Positions 18,432 to 28,946 are shown, numbered from the stretch's first letter. The stretch is DNA of 44,771 bases from Candidatus Zambryskiibacteriota bacterium (GCA_003173855.1 PPGI01000014.1:1-44771); one strand, 5' to 3'. The notes: generated by a model not told the origin, from the letters alone. A program made the numbers and translations.

Positions 18432-18986
18432 ATGAAACACGAGCTAGCAGTATTTGGGGGAGGTTGCTTCTGGTGTACAGAAGCAGTTTTTAAAATGCTA
18501 AAAGGTGTAAAAAGTGTCGAGCCGGGATATTCAGGTGGAACAGTTAAAAATCCGACATACGAACAGGTAAGTTCCGGCAACACTGGCCATGCTGAAGCAA
18601 CAAAGGTTGAATTTGATCCAAATGAAATCAAGTACACTGATTTACTGACTGTTTTCTTTGCTTCGCATGATCCAACTTCGCTAAATAGACAGGGAAATGA
18701 TATCGGCACACAGTATCGTTCCGTAGTTTTTTATACAAATGAAAACCAGAAGAAAGAAGTTGAGGAATTCATAAAAAAATTAAATGAATCAAATAAAATG
18801 GGTCGATCAATTGTAACAGAAGTAGTGCCGCTTGATATTTTCTATCCTGCAGAGAATTATCATAAAGATTATTATGCCAATCATCCTGACGCGGGATATT
18901 GCCAGCTTGTCATTAATCCAAAGTTAGAAAAAGTTCAAAAAGAATTTGCAGATTTATTAGCTAACCATCCAAAAAATGAAAATTAA
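18432..18986 (+). CDS. msrA: peptide-methionine (S)-S-oxide reductase
   Basis: GGCFWC, GHAE, HDPT, QYRS, AENYHKDY motifs. Confidence 0.97.
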   Translation: MKHELAVFGGGCFWCTEAVFKMLKGVKSVEPGYSGGTVKNPTYEQVSSGNTGHAEATKVEFDPNEIKYTDLLTVFFASHDPTSLNRQGNDIGTQYRSVVFYTNENQKKEVEEFIKKLNESNKMGRSIVTEVVPLDIFYPAENYHKDYYANHPDAGYCQLVINPKLEKVQKEFADLLANHPKNEN

Positions 18987-19107
18987 ATCTCTTTTTCCTA
19001 ATAACTTTTTCATCGCCGGAATATTTTTCTACTGAAAAATTTCCTCGCACTCGCCTCTTCACGGGCTCCGTGATGCGCTGAAAAAGTTATTAGTCAACGA
19101 GATTTAA
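18983..19107. mobile_element. MITE-like element, family B full copy
   Basis: TTAAATCTC..CTAATAACTTTTTCA ... TGAAAAAGTTATTAG..GAGATTTAA imperfect terminal inverted repeats between msrA and msrB. Confidence 0.72.
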
Positions 19108-19118
19108 ACTTATATAAT

Positions 19119-19487
19119 ATGGAAATAAACGAAGAAGAATTAAAAAATAAACTAACACCTGAGGAATATCATATTCTTCGCGAAAAGGGAACAGAAGCAC
19201 CTTTTTCTGGAAAACTTTTGCATGATGACCGGACTGGAATGTATAAATGCAAAGTTTGCGGCCAAGAACTTTTTGATTCAAAGACTAAATTTGATTCTGG
19301 CACTGGTTGGCCAAGTTTCGATAAGGCTATACCTGGTGCTGTAAAAGAAATTGCAGATGATTCCATAGGAATGCATCGAACCGAAGTCGTTTGTTCAAAC
19401 TGCGGTTCACATCTTGGTCACGTATTTGATGATGGCCCGACTGAAACTGGTAAACGTTACTGCCTTAATTCAGTTTGCCTAGTTTAG
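19119..19487 (+). CDS. msrB: peptide-methionine (R)-S-oxide reductase
   Basis: GTEAPF, CxxC, GWPSF, RTEV.C..C.SHLGHVF.DGP, RYCLNS. Confidence 0.97.
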   Translation: MEINEEELKNKLTPEEYHILREKGTEAPFSGKLLHDDRTGMYKCKVCGQELFDSKTKFDSGTGWPSFDKAIPGAVKEIADDSIGMHRTEVVCSNCGSHLGHVFDDGPTETGKRYCLNSVCLV

Positions 19488-19891
19488 AAATTTCTAATTG
19501 GAGTTGAACTTGCTGGTCTAATTTGAATATTTTGAGCAATAAAACTGCCATCAGAATTTGGTGTTCCTGTAATTGTAACTTCTTGTCCAACTTGTAAATC
19601 ATTTAATGATCCAGAAACTGACTTTTGAACTGCTGTTTGATTTCCAGTAAATATTATTTTTGATCCACCTCCGCGAACACTAACAGTTACTGACTGAGCA
19701 TCTTTTGAAATAATCTGTCCGCCAATAAATCCCATTCCCGTGCCATTTCTTCCTATGCCCATTCCTTGACCACCCACAAAGGCAAATTGACCCATTCTTT
19801 GAGCTCTCTGACCTCTGCCGTATACCATTCCTCCATAAAAAGCTAATCCGATAACTACCAATGCGATTATTGCTGTTATTGTTTTGTTCAT
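19484..19891 (-). CDS. membrane-anchored DUF5666-like protein of the exporter operon
   Basis: N-terminal TM, Gly-rich linker, 'L.VG..V...G....DGS..A..IQI'. Confidence 0.75.
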   Translation of the reverse strand: MNKTITAIIALVVIGLAFYGGMVYGRGQRAQRMGQFAFVGGQGMGIGRNGTGMGFIGGQIISKDAQSVTVSVRGGGSKIIFTGNQTAVQKSVSGSLNDLQVGQEVTITGTPNSDGSFIAQNIQIRPASSTPIRNF

Positions 19892-19927
19892 AATTATTAC
19901 TACATATACTATTAATAACTTCTTTCA

Positions 19928-21151
19928 TTATTCATATCGCAGAGCATCAATAGGGTTTAGATTGGAGGCTCTGCGTGCTGGATAGTATCCGAATATGATA
20001 CCTATAACTGCAGAAACCCCAAAAGCTAAAACAATTGAAGAAATTGAAACTGTAGTTTTTAAAACTCCTAAAGCATTAATACCTAGAGAAAATGCACTGC
20101 CTAGCAACACTCCGATCAATCCTCCAATAAAAGTAAGTGCAATTGCTTCAATCAAGAACTGGTTACTTATATCTTTTTTCTTTGCACCAATTGCTTTTCT
20201 AAGACCAATTTCTTTTGTTCTTTCAGTTACAGTTGTTAGCATCATGTTCATTATGCCGATTCCGCCAACAAGCAATGAAATTCCAGCAACAGCAGAAAGA
20301 AGTGTTGTAAATGTTCCAGTAACGCTTGAAGCTGTAGCTACAATATCTGCTTGATTTAGGGTATTGAAATCTGCTTGGGCTGGATCAGAAATATGATGCC
20401 TATCAAGTAAAACATTTGTTACTTCACTTTGAACTAGAGACATGCTATCTGCATCTTGGGCTTTTACACTAATTGTTGTTAAATAATCTCCGCCAGCTAG
20501 AAATCTTTGTGCAGTTGAAATTGGTATAAAAATCATGTCATCTTGGCTCCCAAAACCATTTCCGCCTTTTGTTTTTGTTATACCAACAACTTGGAATTGT
20601 TCATTGCGAATTCTTATATATTGTCCTAAAGCTTCAGCTCCTTCTCCAAATAAATCATCACGAGCAGTAGGTCCAAGAACGGCAACTTTTGAAAGACTTC
20701 TGACATTTAAATCTGTAATAAAGGATCCCTCGTCAATTTCTACATTTCTGACTTCAGGATAACTTGAAACAGTTCCAACAACAGAAGTGTTTGTATTTGT
20801 CCCTTTTGCAGTTACCTGATAGCGTCCAGAAATTTCTGGTGCAACAGCTTGAACTTCCTTCACATCTTGTTTGATTGCGTCAGCGTCCTCCTGTGTGAGC
20901 GATCTTCCAGTTCCTCGTCCTAAACTAATTTGAATTCCAGGGCCACGTTGAGCTCCTGGCATAACTAAAACCAAATTTGATCCAAGCGATTGGATATTTG
21001 CAGTAATCGCACTCTGAGCACCTTGACCGATGGATGTAAGTGCAATAACTGAACTTATCCCAATAATAATTCCTAGCATTGTTAAACCAGAGCGAACTTT
21101 GTTTGCTGAGAGGGAAGTTCTTGTTTCATCTAAAATATCTTTTGTTCTCAT
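19928..21151 (-). CDS. MacB/FtsX-family ABC permease
   Basis: '[12 protein letters not shown]', '[23 protein letters not shown]', 'PA.RA..L.PI.ALRYE'. Confidence 0.95.
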   Translation of the reverse strand: MRTKDILDETRTSLSANKVRSGLTMLGIIIGISSVIALTSIGQGAQSAITANIQSLGSNLVLVMPGAQRGPGIQISLGRGTGRSLTQEDADAIKQDVKEVQAVAPEISGRYQVTAKGTNTNTSVVGTVSSYPEVRNVEIDEGSFITDLNVRSLSKVAVLGPTARDDLFGEGAEALGQYIRIRNEQFQVVGITKTKGGNGFGSQDDMIFIPISTAQRFLAGGDYLTTISVKAQDADSMSLVQSEVTNVLLDRHHISDPAQADFNTLNQADIVATASSVTGTFTTLLSAVAGISLLVGGIGIMNMMLTTVTERTKEIGLRKAIGAKKKDISNQFLIEAIALTFIGGLIGVLLGSAFSLGINALGVLKTTVSISSIVLAFGVSAVIGIIFGYYPARRASNLNPIDALRYE

Positions 21152-21849
21152 TGAATTATTTTTCGATTATGGTTTTTGCTGTCAGAAATAATCTCGCCAT
21201 CCTTGATATGAATAATTCTGTCTGCGTGTTGTGCAATATCATGCTCATGGGTAATCAAAACAATTGTTCGTCCTAATTTCTTATTTAATTTTTGAAAAGT
21301 TTGGAGAACAATTTCCCCAGTTTTTGTATCCAAATTTCCTGTTGGCTCATCAGCTAAAATAAGTGATGGATTATTTACTAATGCTCTTGCAATGGCTACA
21401 CGCTGGATTTGTCCACCAGACAATTGATTTGATTTACGATTAAAATTTTCTTCATCTAATCCTGCAGAATGCAGGGCAATTTTAGCTTTTTCTTCGCGTT
21501 CATTCTCCTCTTCCCCAGCATAAATTAGGGGTAGCATTACATTTCGAAGAACGGTTGTTCGTGGAAGAAGATTGAAAGATTGAAAAACAAAACCAATTTT
21601 GTTCTTACGAATATCAGCTAATTCATCATCACTTAAATCCGCGACATTTTTCCCATTAAGAAAATAACTTCCATCTGTTGGTGTATCGAGTGCACCAAGA
21701 AGATACATGAGTGTTGATTTGCCTGATCCAGACGGCCCCATAATAGCCACAAATTCACCATCTTCAATTTTAAATGAGGCATTCCTTAGAGCAGTGAATT
21801 TAATCTCTCCACTTTGATATGTCTTTCCTAAATTTTTTACCTCAATCAT
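21148..21849 (-). CDS. ABC transporter ATP-binding protein (LolD/MacB-like)
   Basis: [25 protein letters not shown]. Confidence 0.96.
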   Translation of the reverse strand: MIEVKNLGKTYQSGEIKFTALRNASFKIEDGEFVAIMGPSGSGKSTLMYLLGALDTPTDGSYFLNGKNVADLSDDELADIRKNKIGFVFQSFNLLPRTTVLRNVMLPLIYAGEEENEREEKAKIALHSAGLDEENFNRKSNQLSGGQIQRVAIARALVNNPSLILADEPTGNLDTKTGEIVLQTFQKLNKKLGRTIVLITHEHDIAQHADRIIHIKDGEIISDSKNHNRKIIQ

Positions 21850-23624
21850 TGCCTAATGTTAAAAGTTCTTACATTTCCGCCACCTCCGCTAGTGCGTCCC
21901 CCTATACTCGAGAATAGAGTAGGTGTTTGGTTTGCTCCTGTTGTTGTCTGACCACTTATTGTTCTTGTAACAACGATGTCTCCCTCCTTTAAGCCCGAGG
22001 TGATCTCAGTCGAGGTGTCGCTTGAATCTCCAATTTCAACCATAACTTCTCTTGGTAAAATATTTGAAGTTCCACCCTGGTTTCCATTTTGATTGATTGG
22101 TGCATCAAAAACTTCAACTAAGGAAACTCCACCTTGCGATTTAACAGCAGAAGTTGGAACCATCAAAACATTTGGTTTTGCTTCAATAATTATATTTGCA
22201 TTCACGCTCATGCCCGGTTTTATTCGATCATCCTGTGTATCAAAACTGATTTGAGTATTGTAAGTAACAACTCCTTGAGAGACAGTACCTATTGAATCAA
22301 TCTCAGCAATTTGTCCTGAAATCGAAAGTCCATCGATTGCATCAAATGTTAGTGTTACTTTCTGTCCAACTTTTACTTTTGAGGCGTCAACTTCGTTTAA
22401 TCCAATTTCTGCAATTCTTTTATTAGTAATTATTGTGGCTACAGCTGTTCCCGAAGAAGCTGAATCATATTTTTTTACAGAAACAGAAGCTATCACACCA
22501 TCAAATGGGGCACGAACATAATAATTATTCAAAGTATTTTTAGCGTCAATTAAAGCATTTTGTCGCTGCATGAGGCTTAATTGTGAGCTTTTTACATCCA
22601 GTGGATCTGCCCCATTTTGAAGTTTGGTTAGACTTGCAGACTTTTCTGCAATTAATGATCGTGAATTTGAAATTGTGCTTAATGCGCTCTGGAGTGCACT
22701 AACATGTGAGGCAACTTGAGTTGAGTAAGTATTTAGAGATGTCAGTGCCGAAGTAACAGTAGAAGGAATTTGCTTGTTCTGAACAGTTAAATCATCCTTA
22801 ACAAAATTTAATAAATCAGTGGCACTTTTTATAGAATCAGAAATAGCAAGTGTTGTGTTATATGATTCTTGAATTAAGTCTTCGATGCTTGAAGTAGCCA
22901 TCGTTCTTGAAGAATTTCTGAAATCAACAAAATTTTTATTGTAGGCATCACGAGCAGCGTTATATTTTGTTTCAGAAGCAGATTTAAAATTATTAACACC
23001 GTAGTCATAACTAGAAACCATATCGGCATATGCAGAAACATTATCTTGTGCGCCATGAGTTAAATCAGTTCCATAAAGAAGATTTTGCAAACCACTCATA
23101 ATATTTGGTAGGTCAACAAAAGTTTGAGATGTATCATCCCAGCCATCTGTATAAGATTTCAGTAAGTCAGCCTGTGCTTGATTGAGTGCATTCTGAGCTT
23201 GGATTAAAGAAAGGTTATCAGCTGGTTGTGTAAGTTTGTTTAAAGCAATTTGAGAACTTTCTAGATTAATTTCTGCGTCTCGAACTGCTTTTTGTGCATC
23301 TTGTGGATCAAGTTCAGCAATTAAAGTTCCAGCTTTGACTTCGTCTCCTGCTTTTACACCAATATAAATTACATCACCGCTTGCCTTTGGTTTTAAATCG
23401 ACTTGATTCGATGATGAGACTTGGCCAGAACCAGTTACCGACGAAATTAGTGTTCCGATTTGAGCTGTAGACGTGACATACCGAGTCTCTGATGATGTGG
23501 CAGTTACTTTTTTAAAACCGTAATAGCCAATTCCTAAAATCAAAATAATAACTATAGTTGATATGATTTTATGGGAAACATAATATTGCTTAAATTTGAG
23601 AAACCAGTTTTTTAAGGATTTCAT
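21846..23624 (-). CDS. MacA/HlyD-family efflux adaptor with long coiled coil
   Basis: N-terminal TM, lipoyl halves 'V..GD.V..G..IA.L' and 'APFDG', 'KPGMS', 'GL.EGD.V'. Confidence 0.9.
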   Translation of the reverse strand: MKSLKNWFLKFKQYYVSHKIISTIVIILILGIGYYGFKKVTATSSETRYVTSTAQIGTLISSVTGSGQVSSSNQVDLKPKASGDVIYIGVKAGDEVKAGTLIAELDPQDAQKAVRDAEINLESSQIALNKLTQPADNLSLIQAQNALNQAQADLLKSYTDGWDDTSQTFVDLPNIMSGLQNLLYGTDLTHGAQDNVSAYADMVSSYDYGVNNFKSASETKYNAARDAYNKNFVDFRNSSRTMATSSIEDLIQESYNTTLAISDSIKSATDLLNFVKDDLTVQNKQIPSTVTSALTSLNTYSTQVASHVSALQSALSTISNSRSLIAEKSASLTKLQNGADPLDVKSSQLSLMQRQNALIDAKNTLNNYYVRAPFDGVIASVSVKKYDSASSGTAVATIITNKRIAEIGLNEVDASKVKVGQKVTLTFDAIDGLSISGQIAEIDSIGTVSQGVVTYNTQISFDTQDDRIKPGMSVNANIIIEAKPNVLMVPTSAVKSQGGVSLVEVFDAPINQNGNQGGTSNILPREVMVEIGDSSDTSTEITSGLKEGDIVVTRTISGQTTTGANQTPTLFSSIGGRTSGGGGNVRTFNIRQ

Positions 23625-23717
23625 TAATTCATAATACAACCATCAATCGATTAATCTTTCAAGTTTATTGAAAATTAATAGTCTAAATGTTATAACCTGA
23701 ATTAGGAGGGAAGGACT

Positions 23718-23900
23718 GTGAGATACGAATATAATGGCGATGAAGTCTTTTTCGTTCTGAAAGATCCACAAGGTGATTCAGATTTTTTGCTTTCAAAAGC
23801 AGAATGTGAACTGCGACTGCGAAATTTGCGTGAAAATGGATTGCCAGGTGTCGATGAGATGGAGGAAGCAATCAAAAATTGGCCGTCTGATAAAAAGTAG
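23718..23900 (+). CDS. orphan 60-aa protein in a promoter/SD/terminator unit
   Basis: TTGAAA(23668)-17-TATAAC with TG, AGGAGG at 23704, GTG start, terminator 23910-23939. Confidence 0.7.
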   Translation: MRYEYNGDEVFFVLKDPQGDSDFLLSKAECELRLRNLRENGLPGVDEMEEAIKNWPSDKK

Positions 23901-23947
23901 TCGTTACAGAAAAAGTCGTTTGATCTGTAGCGGCTTTTTCTGATATA

Positions 23948-23985
23948 AAAACAAAACCTCCGCTTGCGCCTGAGGTTTTGTTTTC
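23948..23985 (-). terminator. intrinsic terminator-like hairpin for a minus-strand transcript
   Basis: AAAACAAAACCTC...GAGGTTTTGTTTT. Confidence 0.6.
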
Positions 23986-24174
23986 TTGTGTCACCGTTCT
24001 TTCAAAGAGGGTGTCCCAACTTTATCTAATTGTTGTCTCTAATCGAATGCTCATAACACGCGATACAGCGAGACATTTTTGATTTAATTTTTAAAAGGGA
24101 ATTCTCTCGAGAAGGTAACTATAAATATTTTCTTTCAAAAAATATTAAAAGTCAATATAAATTTAATGTAATTT

Positions 24175-24225
24175 TGTGTAAAACCTGTGGGTAAGTTGTG
24201 TAAAACCAGAAATTTTTGTGGAAAT
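24175..24225 (-). promoter_or_regulatory. array of four DnaA-box-like 9-mers
   Basis: TGTGTAAAA 24175, TGTGGGTAA 24186, TGTGTAAAA 24197 (11-bp period), TGTGGAAAT 24217; compared with consensus TGTGNAWAA. Confidence 0.65.
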
Positions 24226-24263
24226 GAAAAGGGCAGGTCGTCTTCTGACCTGCCCTCATCCAA

Positions 24264-24392
24264 TTAATTTCGTTGAAACATCTTCCCCCTTGCCTCGTCA
24301 GCCATTTTTCCTGATGCTCCGAGAAGGCAAGTAAGTATTACGATCCCAATGAATACGATGCCGCCGCCGATGATCCAGTAATTTGCATGCAT
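24264..24392 (-). CDS. 42-aa single-TM peptide (not in ORF track)
   Basis: MHANYWIIGGGIVFIGIVILTCLLGASGKMADEARGKMFQRN; TTGACA-16-TATAGT promoter near 24481-24454; terminator GGGCAGGTC/GACCTGCCC at 24231-24255. Confidence 0.65.
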   Translation of the reverse strand: MHANYWIIGGGIVFIGIVILTCLLGASGKMADEARGKMFQRN

Positions 24393-24523
24393 ATGCCACC
24401 AAACGTGCAAGATATTTCAGTCATTATGACTGACAACACTTGCATACTGCTAAACTATACTATAGCCTAAAGTTTTGTCAAGTTATTGAGAAATATGATT
24501 AATATTGTGATAAGATAGCACTC

Positions 24524-25135
24524 ATGGAAAAATTGATCCAATTGATCGAAGTGCTTGGCTTCTTTAGTTATATACTCCTTTTTATAATTATTTTTCTTGA
24601 ATCATTTCCAGTAACTTTTTTTCTACCTGGTGATAGTTTACTTTTTACAACTGGGTTTCTAGCTTCCCAAGGAAATTTCAATATCATTGTACTCGTAATA
24701 GTTCTTTATATTGCGAGCGTACTAGGATATTTTTTCAGCTATTTTATGGGCGAAAGGATCAGAACTTTTATTTTAAATTCAAATGACAGATATTGGTTCA
24801 AGAAAAAACATTTAGATTATACAAAGAATTTTTTTGATAAATATGGTGATAAAACAATAATCATTGGTCGTTTTATTCCCATTGTTAGATCATTTGGTCC
24901 GACTTTAGCCGGTGCAGTGGATATGAATTATAAAAAATTTATGCGTGACAATATTCTTGGCGGTCTGCTTTGGGTGCCAGTCGTGACATCACTTGGATAT
25001 TTTCTAGGTAAAAGTATTCCAAATGCACATTTGTACTTAACACCGATAATTTTAGGAATTATTTTTGTTTCGTTTATCCCAACTATTATTGAGTATATTC
25101 ATGTTAGAAGAAAAAAACACAACCAAGGAGCCTAG
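24524..25135 (+). CDS. DedA/VTT family membrane protein
   Basis: 'E.....FFLPGDSLLFT.G', 'FF.KYG...II.GRFIPIVR'. Confidence 0.93.
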   Translation: MEKLIQLIEVLGFFSYILLFIIIFLESFPVTFFLPGDSLLFTTGFLASQGNFNIIVLVIVLYIASVLGYFFSYFMGERIRTFILNSNDRYWFKKKHLDYTKNFFDKYGDKTIIIGRFIPIVRSFGPTLAGAVDMNYKKFMRDNILGGLLWVPVVTSLGYFLGKSIPNAHLYLTPIILGIIFVSFIPTIIEYIHVRRKKHNQGA

Positions 25136-26297
25136 CCCAATTTCCGTAAGTCACTATCTTGATCAGCTTAATCGAACTCTTATAAAAGAGCGAGCAAAAA
25201 TTATTGGAGAAGTTTTAGAGGTAAAATTGTATCCAGAAAGAAGCTATCTTTATTTCACATTGAAAGATAAACAAGATCAAAGTTCGATTAATTGCTTTAT
25301 GTGGAAAAGAGATTTTATGATTTCTGGCATTGAATTGAAGGATGGTTTAGAAGTGATTGTTACCGCCTATCCAAATATTTATAAACCGAAAGGCACATTA
25401 ACATTGAATATTGAATTGATTGAACTTGTCGGTGAAGGCGCACTGCAAATTGCTTACGAAAAGTTAAAGAAGAAATTGGAATTGGAGGGTTTGTTTTCTC
25501 CACTCCGAAAAAGAAAAATTCCAGACTACCCCCACAGAATTGGAGTGATAACTTCAAGATCTGGAGCAGTTATAAACGATTTTCTATCTAATATTGGCAA
25601 ATTTGGATATGAAATTCTATTTGTCGATTCAAAAGTTGAAGGGCAAGAAGCTATCAGGGATCTAATGTCTGCAGTCAAAACTATGGAGAACAAGTATCTT
25701 GATGTTTTGATTTTAATGCGGGGTGGTGGATCACTTGAATCATTTCAATCTTTTAATAACGAAACTTTGGTGAGACAAATTGCAGATTTTCCTGCGCCAG
25801 TTATCACCGGAATTGGTCATGATAAAGATATTCCACTGGTTAGTTTGGTTTCAGATAGAAATGTTTCAACACCAACAGCGGTGGCAAATCTTTTGAATTC
25901 AAGTTGGAGTGAGGCAAAATCGAACATAAATTTAATTTGTGAAAGAATATTTTCAAGTTTTCAATCAAATATTATTGATGTTTTCCGAAAAGCTGAAAAT
26001 ACAATGTTTAGAGAGGCAGAAATTATAGGTTCAGAGATAAAAAGAATTGGAGAATTATTAAATCAGGCAAATAGGGAATTGTTTCGTGGCTTTGAAACAT
26101 TATCAAAAAATGCTGAGCAGTTTATAAATCAAAATGCGAAAACTATTGAACTCGACAGTCCAATGAGACAATTGAAAAAAGGCTACAGTATTGTAAGATC
26201 TCATGGTAAGATAATTCGGAAAATTAAAGATGTTAAATCTGGCGATGAATTAAATGTTTTTGTTTCAGATGGAGCAATCAAATCACGAGTAACCTAA
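25101..26297 (+). CDS. xseA: exodeoxyribonuclease VII large subunit
   Basis: 'YFTLKD', 'GVITS..GAV..D', 'RGGGS.E', 'GIGH..D', 'TPTA', 'L.KGYS'. Confidence 0.93.
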   Translation: MLEEKNTTKEPSPISVSHYLDQLNRTLIKERAKIIGEVLEVKLYPERSYLYFTLKDKQDQSSINCFMWKRDFMISGIELKDGLEVIVTAYPNIYKPKGTLTLNIELIELVGEGALQIAYEKLKKKLELEGLFSPLRKRKIPDYPHRIGVITSRSGAVINDFLSNIGKFGYEILFVDSKVEGQEAIRDLMSAVKTMENKYLDVLILMRGGGSLESFQSFNNETLVRQIADFPAPVITGIGHDKDIPLVSLVSDRNVSTPTAVANLLNSSWSEAKSNINLICERIFSSFQSNIIDVFRKAENTMFREAEIIGSEIKRIGELLNQANRELFRGFETLSKNAEQFINQNAKTIELDSPMRQLKKGYSIVRSHGKIIRKIKDVKSGDELNVFVSDGAIKSRVT

Positions 26298-26301
26298 TCC
26301 A

Positions 26302-26508
26302 ATGTCCAAAAAAAATAACGGAAATTTAAACGAAACACTAAAAAAGCTGGCACAAATTGTGAATTGGTTTGAGTCACAGTCAGAACTTGATGTCGAAAAA
26401 GGCTTAGAACAGGTGAAAGTTGGCGCAGAACTAATAAAACAATCACGAGAAAGATTAAAAGAAATCGAAAACGAATTTAAAGAGATTAAGAAAGATATAC
26501 AGAAATAG
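26302..26508 (+). CDS. xseB: exodeoxyribonuclease VII small subunit
   Basis: Short helical protein directly after xseA, 'L..IV...E....DVE.GL.....G..L'. Confidence 0.88.
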   Translation: MSKKNNGNLNETLKKLAQIVNWFESQSELDVEKGLEQVKVGAELIKQSRERLKEIENEFKEIKKDIQK

Positions 26509-26941
26509 AATCTCTTATTTTTTCCAGTACTTCTTCAGAAACTTCAAATTTATCTGATGGAGCATAATTTTTACCCCATCTTGTATCAATAAAATTTTGA
26601 CCAGCAAATTCGCGTTCTTTTTCGTATCTTGGAATTAAATGCAAATGTCCATGTCCTCCATGATGTGTAAATATGTTTCCGAGCCACGCGTAGTTCATAA
26701 AATCTGGCTTCCATATTTTATCAATCGCTTTCTCGTATTCTCGAATAATTAATCTTAATTCAGCATATTCCTCGTCTGTTATTTCTGAAAATTTTTGCAT
26801 TCCACCATAACGTAAAAGCCATACATATGATCTGCCTAGATATCTTTGTTCTTCATGCAACAACAATGTCCAATATTTATATTCCTTCAGAATCCAACCT
26901 TTATATTCTAAATCCAAGCTTCTATATTTTTCTTTTTCCAT
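26486..26941 (-). CDS. HIT family protein
   Basis: 'NYA.LGN.....HGHLHLIPRY' HxHxH motif. Confidence 0.9.
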   Translation of the reverse strand: MEKEKYRSLDLEYKGWILKEYKYWTLLLHEEQRYLGRSYVWLLRYGGMQKFSEITDEEYAELRLIIREYEKAIDKIWKPDFMNYAWLGNIFTHHGGHGHLHLIPRYEKEREFAGQNFIDTRWGKNYAPSDKFEVSEEVLEKIRDSISVYLS

Positions 26942-26942
26942 A

Positions 26943-27710
26943 TTAAATCATCGTCTGAATATCTGGTTCTATAATTATTCCAGCAGAAGCTAAATCTTTG
27001 TGAGTAAATTTAATACCGTTTTGGACTGGAGCGTTTTTTATGATCTTGATTATCTCATCTTCATTATCAAGAATTTTGTAAAATTTAAGATCATCCTCAT
27101 CAATTGTGCCACGAGAAAGAAATTCTTTTCTCATCAAATTATCAAGTGGTTTCCAAAAATCACTACCGACTAAAATCATTGGTACTTCTTCGATTCTGTG
27201 AGTCTGGTTTAAGGTCACTATTTCAAAAAATTCATCCAGCGTTCCAAAACCTCCTGGGAAAAATAAATAGGCTTCAGCAGAAAAGGAGAGGCAGACTTTT
27301 CTAGAAAAGAAATAATAAAAATTCAAATGATCAGACAAATAATTATTCATCACTTGATGATGTGAAAGTTCAATAGTTAAGCCGATTGATTGTCCTCCAA
27401 CTTCCAAGGCTCCACGATTGGCCGCTTCCATGATTCCAGGGCCACCACCAGTAACAATCGAGTAGCTTAATTCCTTAGAAATTCGTGAGGCGAGTGACCT
27501 TGCCTTTTTGTACTCCTTATCTTTTTCTTTGAAATGACTTCCGCCAAAAAAAGTTACTGATCTAGGATATTTGGCGAGAAAATTAAATCCGTCCGTAAAT
27601 TCGCGGGAAATTAATGAGACTCGCTCGACTGCCGTTTCGTGAATCTCTGCTTTTGATAGTGGTTCTTTTGGGAGATGTTTTGGTGGAAGATTAATTTTTT
27701 CTTTTGCCAT
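26943..27710 (-). CDS. LOG family (TIGR00730-like) protein
   Basis: 'TGGGPGIMEAANRGA', 'PGGFGTLDE'. Confidence 0.93.
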   Translation of the reverse strand: MAKEKINLPPKHLPKEPLSKAEIHETAVERVSLISREFTDGFNFLAKYPRSVTFFGGSHFKEKDKEYKKARSLASRISKELSYSIVTGGGPGIMEAANRGALEVGGQSIGLTIELSHHQVMNNYLSDHLNFYYFFSRKVCLSFSAEAYLFFPGGFGTLDEFFEIVTLNQTHRIEEVPMILVGSDFWKPLDNLMRKEFLSRGTIDEDDLKFYKILDNEDEIIKIIKNAPVQNGIKFTHKDLASAGIIIEPDIQTMI

Positions 27711-27763
27711 CACTTAATTTTACATGAAAAAAGAAAAGGCCGGAAGTGTTATCTTCCGACCTG

Positions 27764-28402
27764 CTAGTCTCCAGCGATCGAGTACCGGATGTGTTCTATC
27801 CGCTCATCGAGCCAGTCTTTATGACCCTTGATGATCAATTGAGGAACTTCCTCCTTTGTAGTTTTGTCCGTATAAATAATCTGATCGAAGTCTTCAGGTA
27901 CCCATAGACTGCCTGGGTACATTCTTTCGTATCGAGTTCTGTCATTCTGGTCTCTCTTGCAGATCTGACGCTCAATTTCATCGATTGAAAGGTCCTTGTA
28001 CTTCTCATCACCCTGTCTTCTTTCTGCTCGGATGCGAGAAGGGCAGAGAAGAACAACATGATAGAAATGTGGACAAAAAGCATGAGCAAGACGACTTTCA
28101 ATCACAGTATGATTTTGAGATCCATACAATGCTTGCTCAGTGTCTATCATCTCATCGAAACCCATGTCAGGGTGTTCAAGTATGTAATCAGTAAACTCCT
28201 CGATTGTTTTAAAACCATGGAGTTCGCCAATTTCCCTCATGACCTTTCCCATGCTGATGAACCTAACTCGCCAATCATCTATGTAAAATTCACGAAGTCC
28301 CCTTATTGCTGCGCTTTTACCTGCACCAGCATCTGCTGATATGGTGATCCCATTTGAGTACCACCATTTAGGCAAAAGAGCCCTTTTGGAATAGTCACTC
28401 AT
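27764..28402 (-). CDS. cytidylate kinase-like NMP kinase (archaeal-type)
   Basis: 'ITISADAGAGKS' P-loop, 'S.G..MRE', 'VIESRLA', 'R..R....D..RY...Y'; SD GAGGTG at 28413-28408; terminator 27737-27762. Confidence 0.8.
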   Translation of the reverse strand: MSDYSKRALLPKWWYSNGITISADAGAGKSAAIRGLREFYIDDWRVRFISMGKVMREIGELHGFKTIEEFTDYILEHPDMGFDEMIDTEQALYGSQNHTVIESRLAHAFCPHFYHVVLLCPSRIRAERRQGDEKYKDLSIDEIERQICKRDQNDRTRYERMYPGSLWVPEDFDQIIYTDKTTKEEVPQLIIKGHKDWLDERIEHIRYSIAGD

Positions 28403-28478
28403 GTAATCACCTCTCTAGCCGCAAATTAACATATTGCTAATTGATTTACAACATGTCCTGGATGTACAATATATATAT

Positions 28479-28943
28479 ATGAAAAACTTAAACAAAGAGG
28501 AGCGAATAGCAGTTGTAGTAGGAATTTTTATAGTTGGATTCTTTTTTATTTTTGGCCAGACAGCATTATCTATTTTTAAACTTAACAATCAAAATAATTC
28601 AATAGCAAAAGCACCTGAAGTTGTTGTTCAAAATGATGTAATCGGCGGAGGAGCTGTTGCGGAAGTAGGAGATCGAGTGACAGTGAATTATACCGGACGA
28701 TTTGTTGATGGAACTGTTTTTGATTCATCGCTTACTCGACACGAGCCATTTTCTTTTAATCTTGGTTCAGGACAAGTGATCAAAGGTTGGGACAAAGGAA
28801 TTGTTGGAATGCGCGAAGGCGGCAAAAGAACAATTTCTATTCCACCAGAACTTGGTTATGGAACAAATGATTATGGTCCGATTCCTGGCGGATCGACATT
28901 GATTTTTGATATCGAATTACTCAAAGTAGAAAAACCACATTAG
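28479..28943 (+). CDS. FKBP-type peptidyl-prolyl isomerase with N-terminal TM
   Basis: 'V.YTG...DG.VFDSS', 'VIKGWD.G..GM..GGKR...IPPELGYG', 'LIFDIELL'. Confidence 0.95.
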   Translation: MKNLNKEERIAVVVGIFIVGFFFIFGQTALSIFKLNNQNNSIAKAPEVVVQNDVIGGGAVAEVGDRVTVNYTGRFVDGTVFDSSLTRHEPFSFNLGSGQVIKGWDKGIVGMREGGKRTISIPPELGYGTNDYGPIPGGSTLIFDIELLKVEKPH

Positions 28944-28946
28944 TGG

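Noticed and set aside
24075-24225. Definite oriC call
   Set aside because: No dnaA/dnaN nearby and no lasting change in gene orientation; kept only as a DnaA-box array
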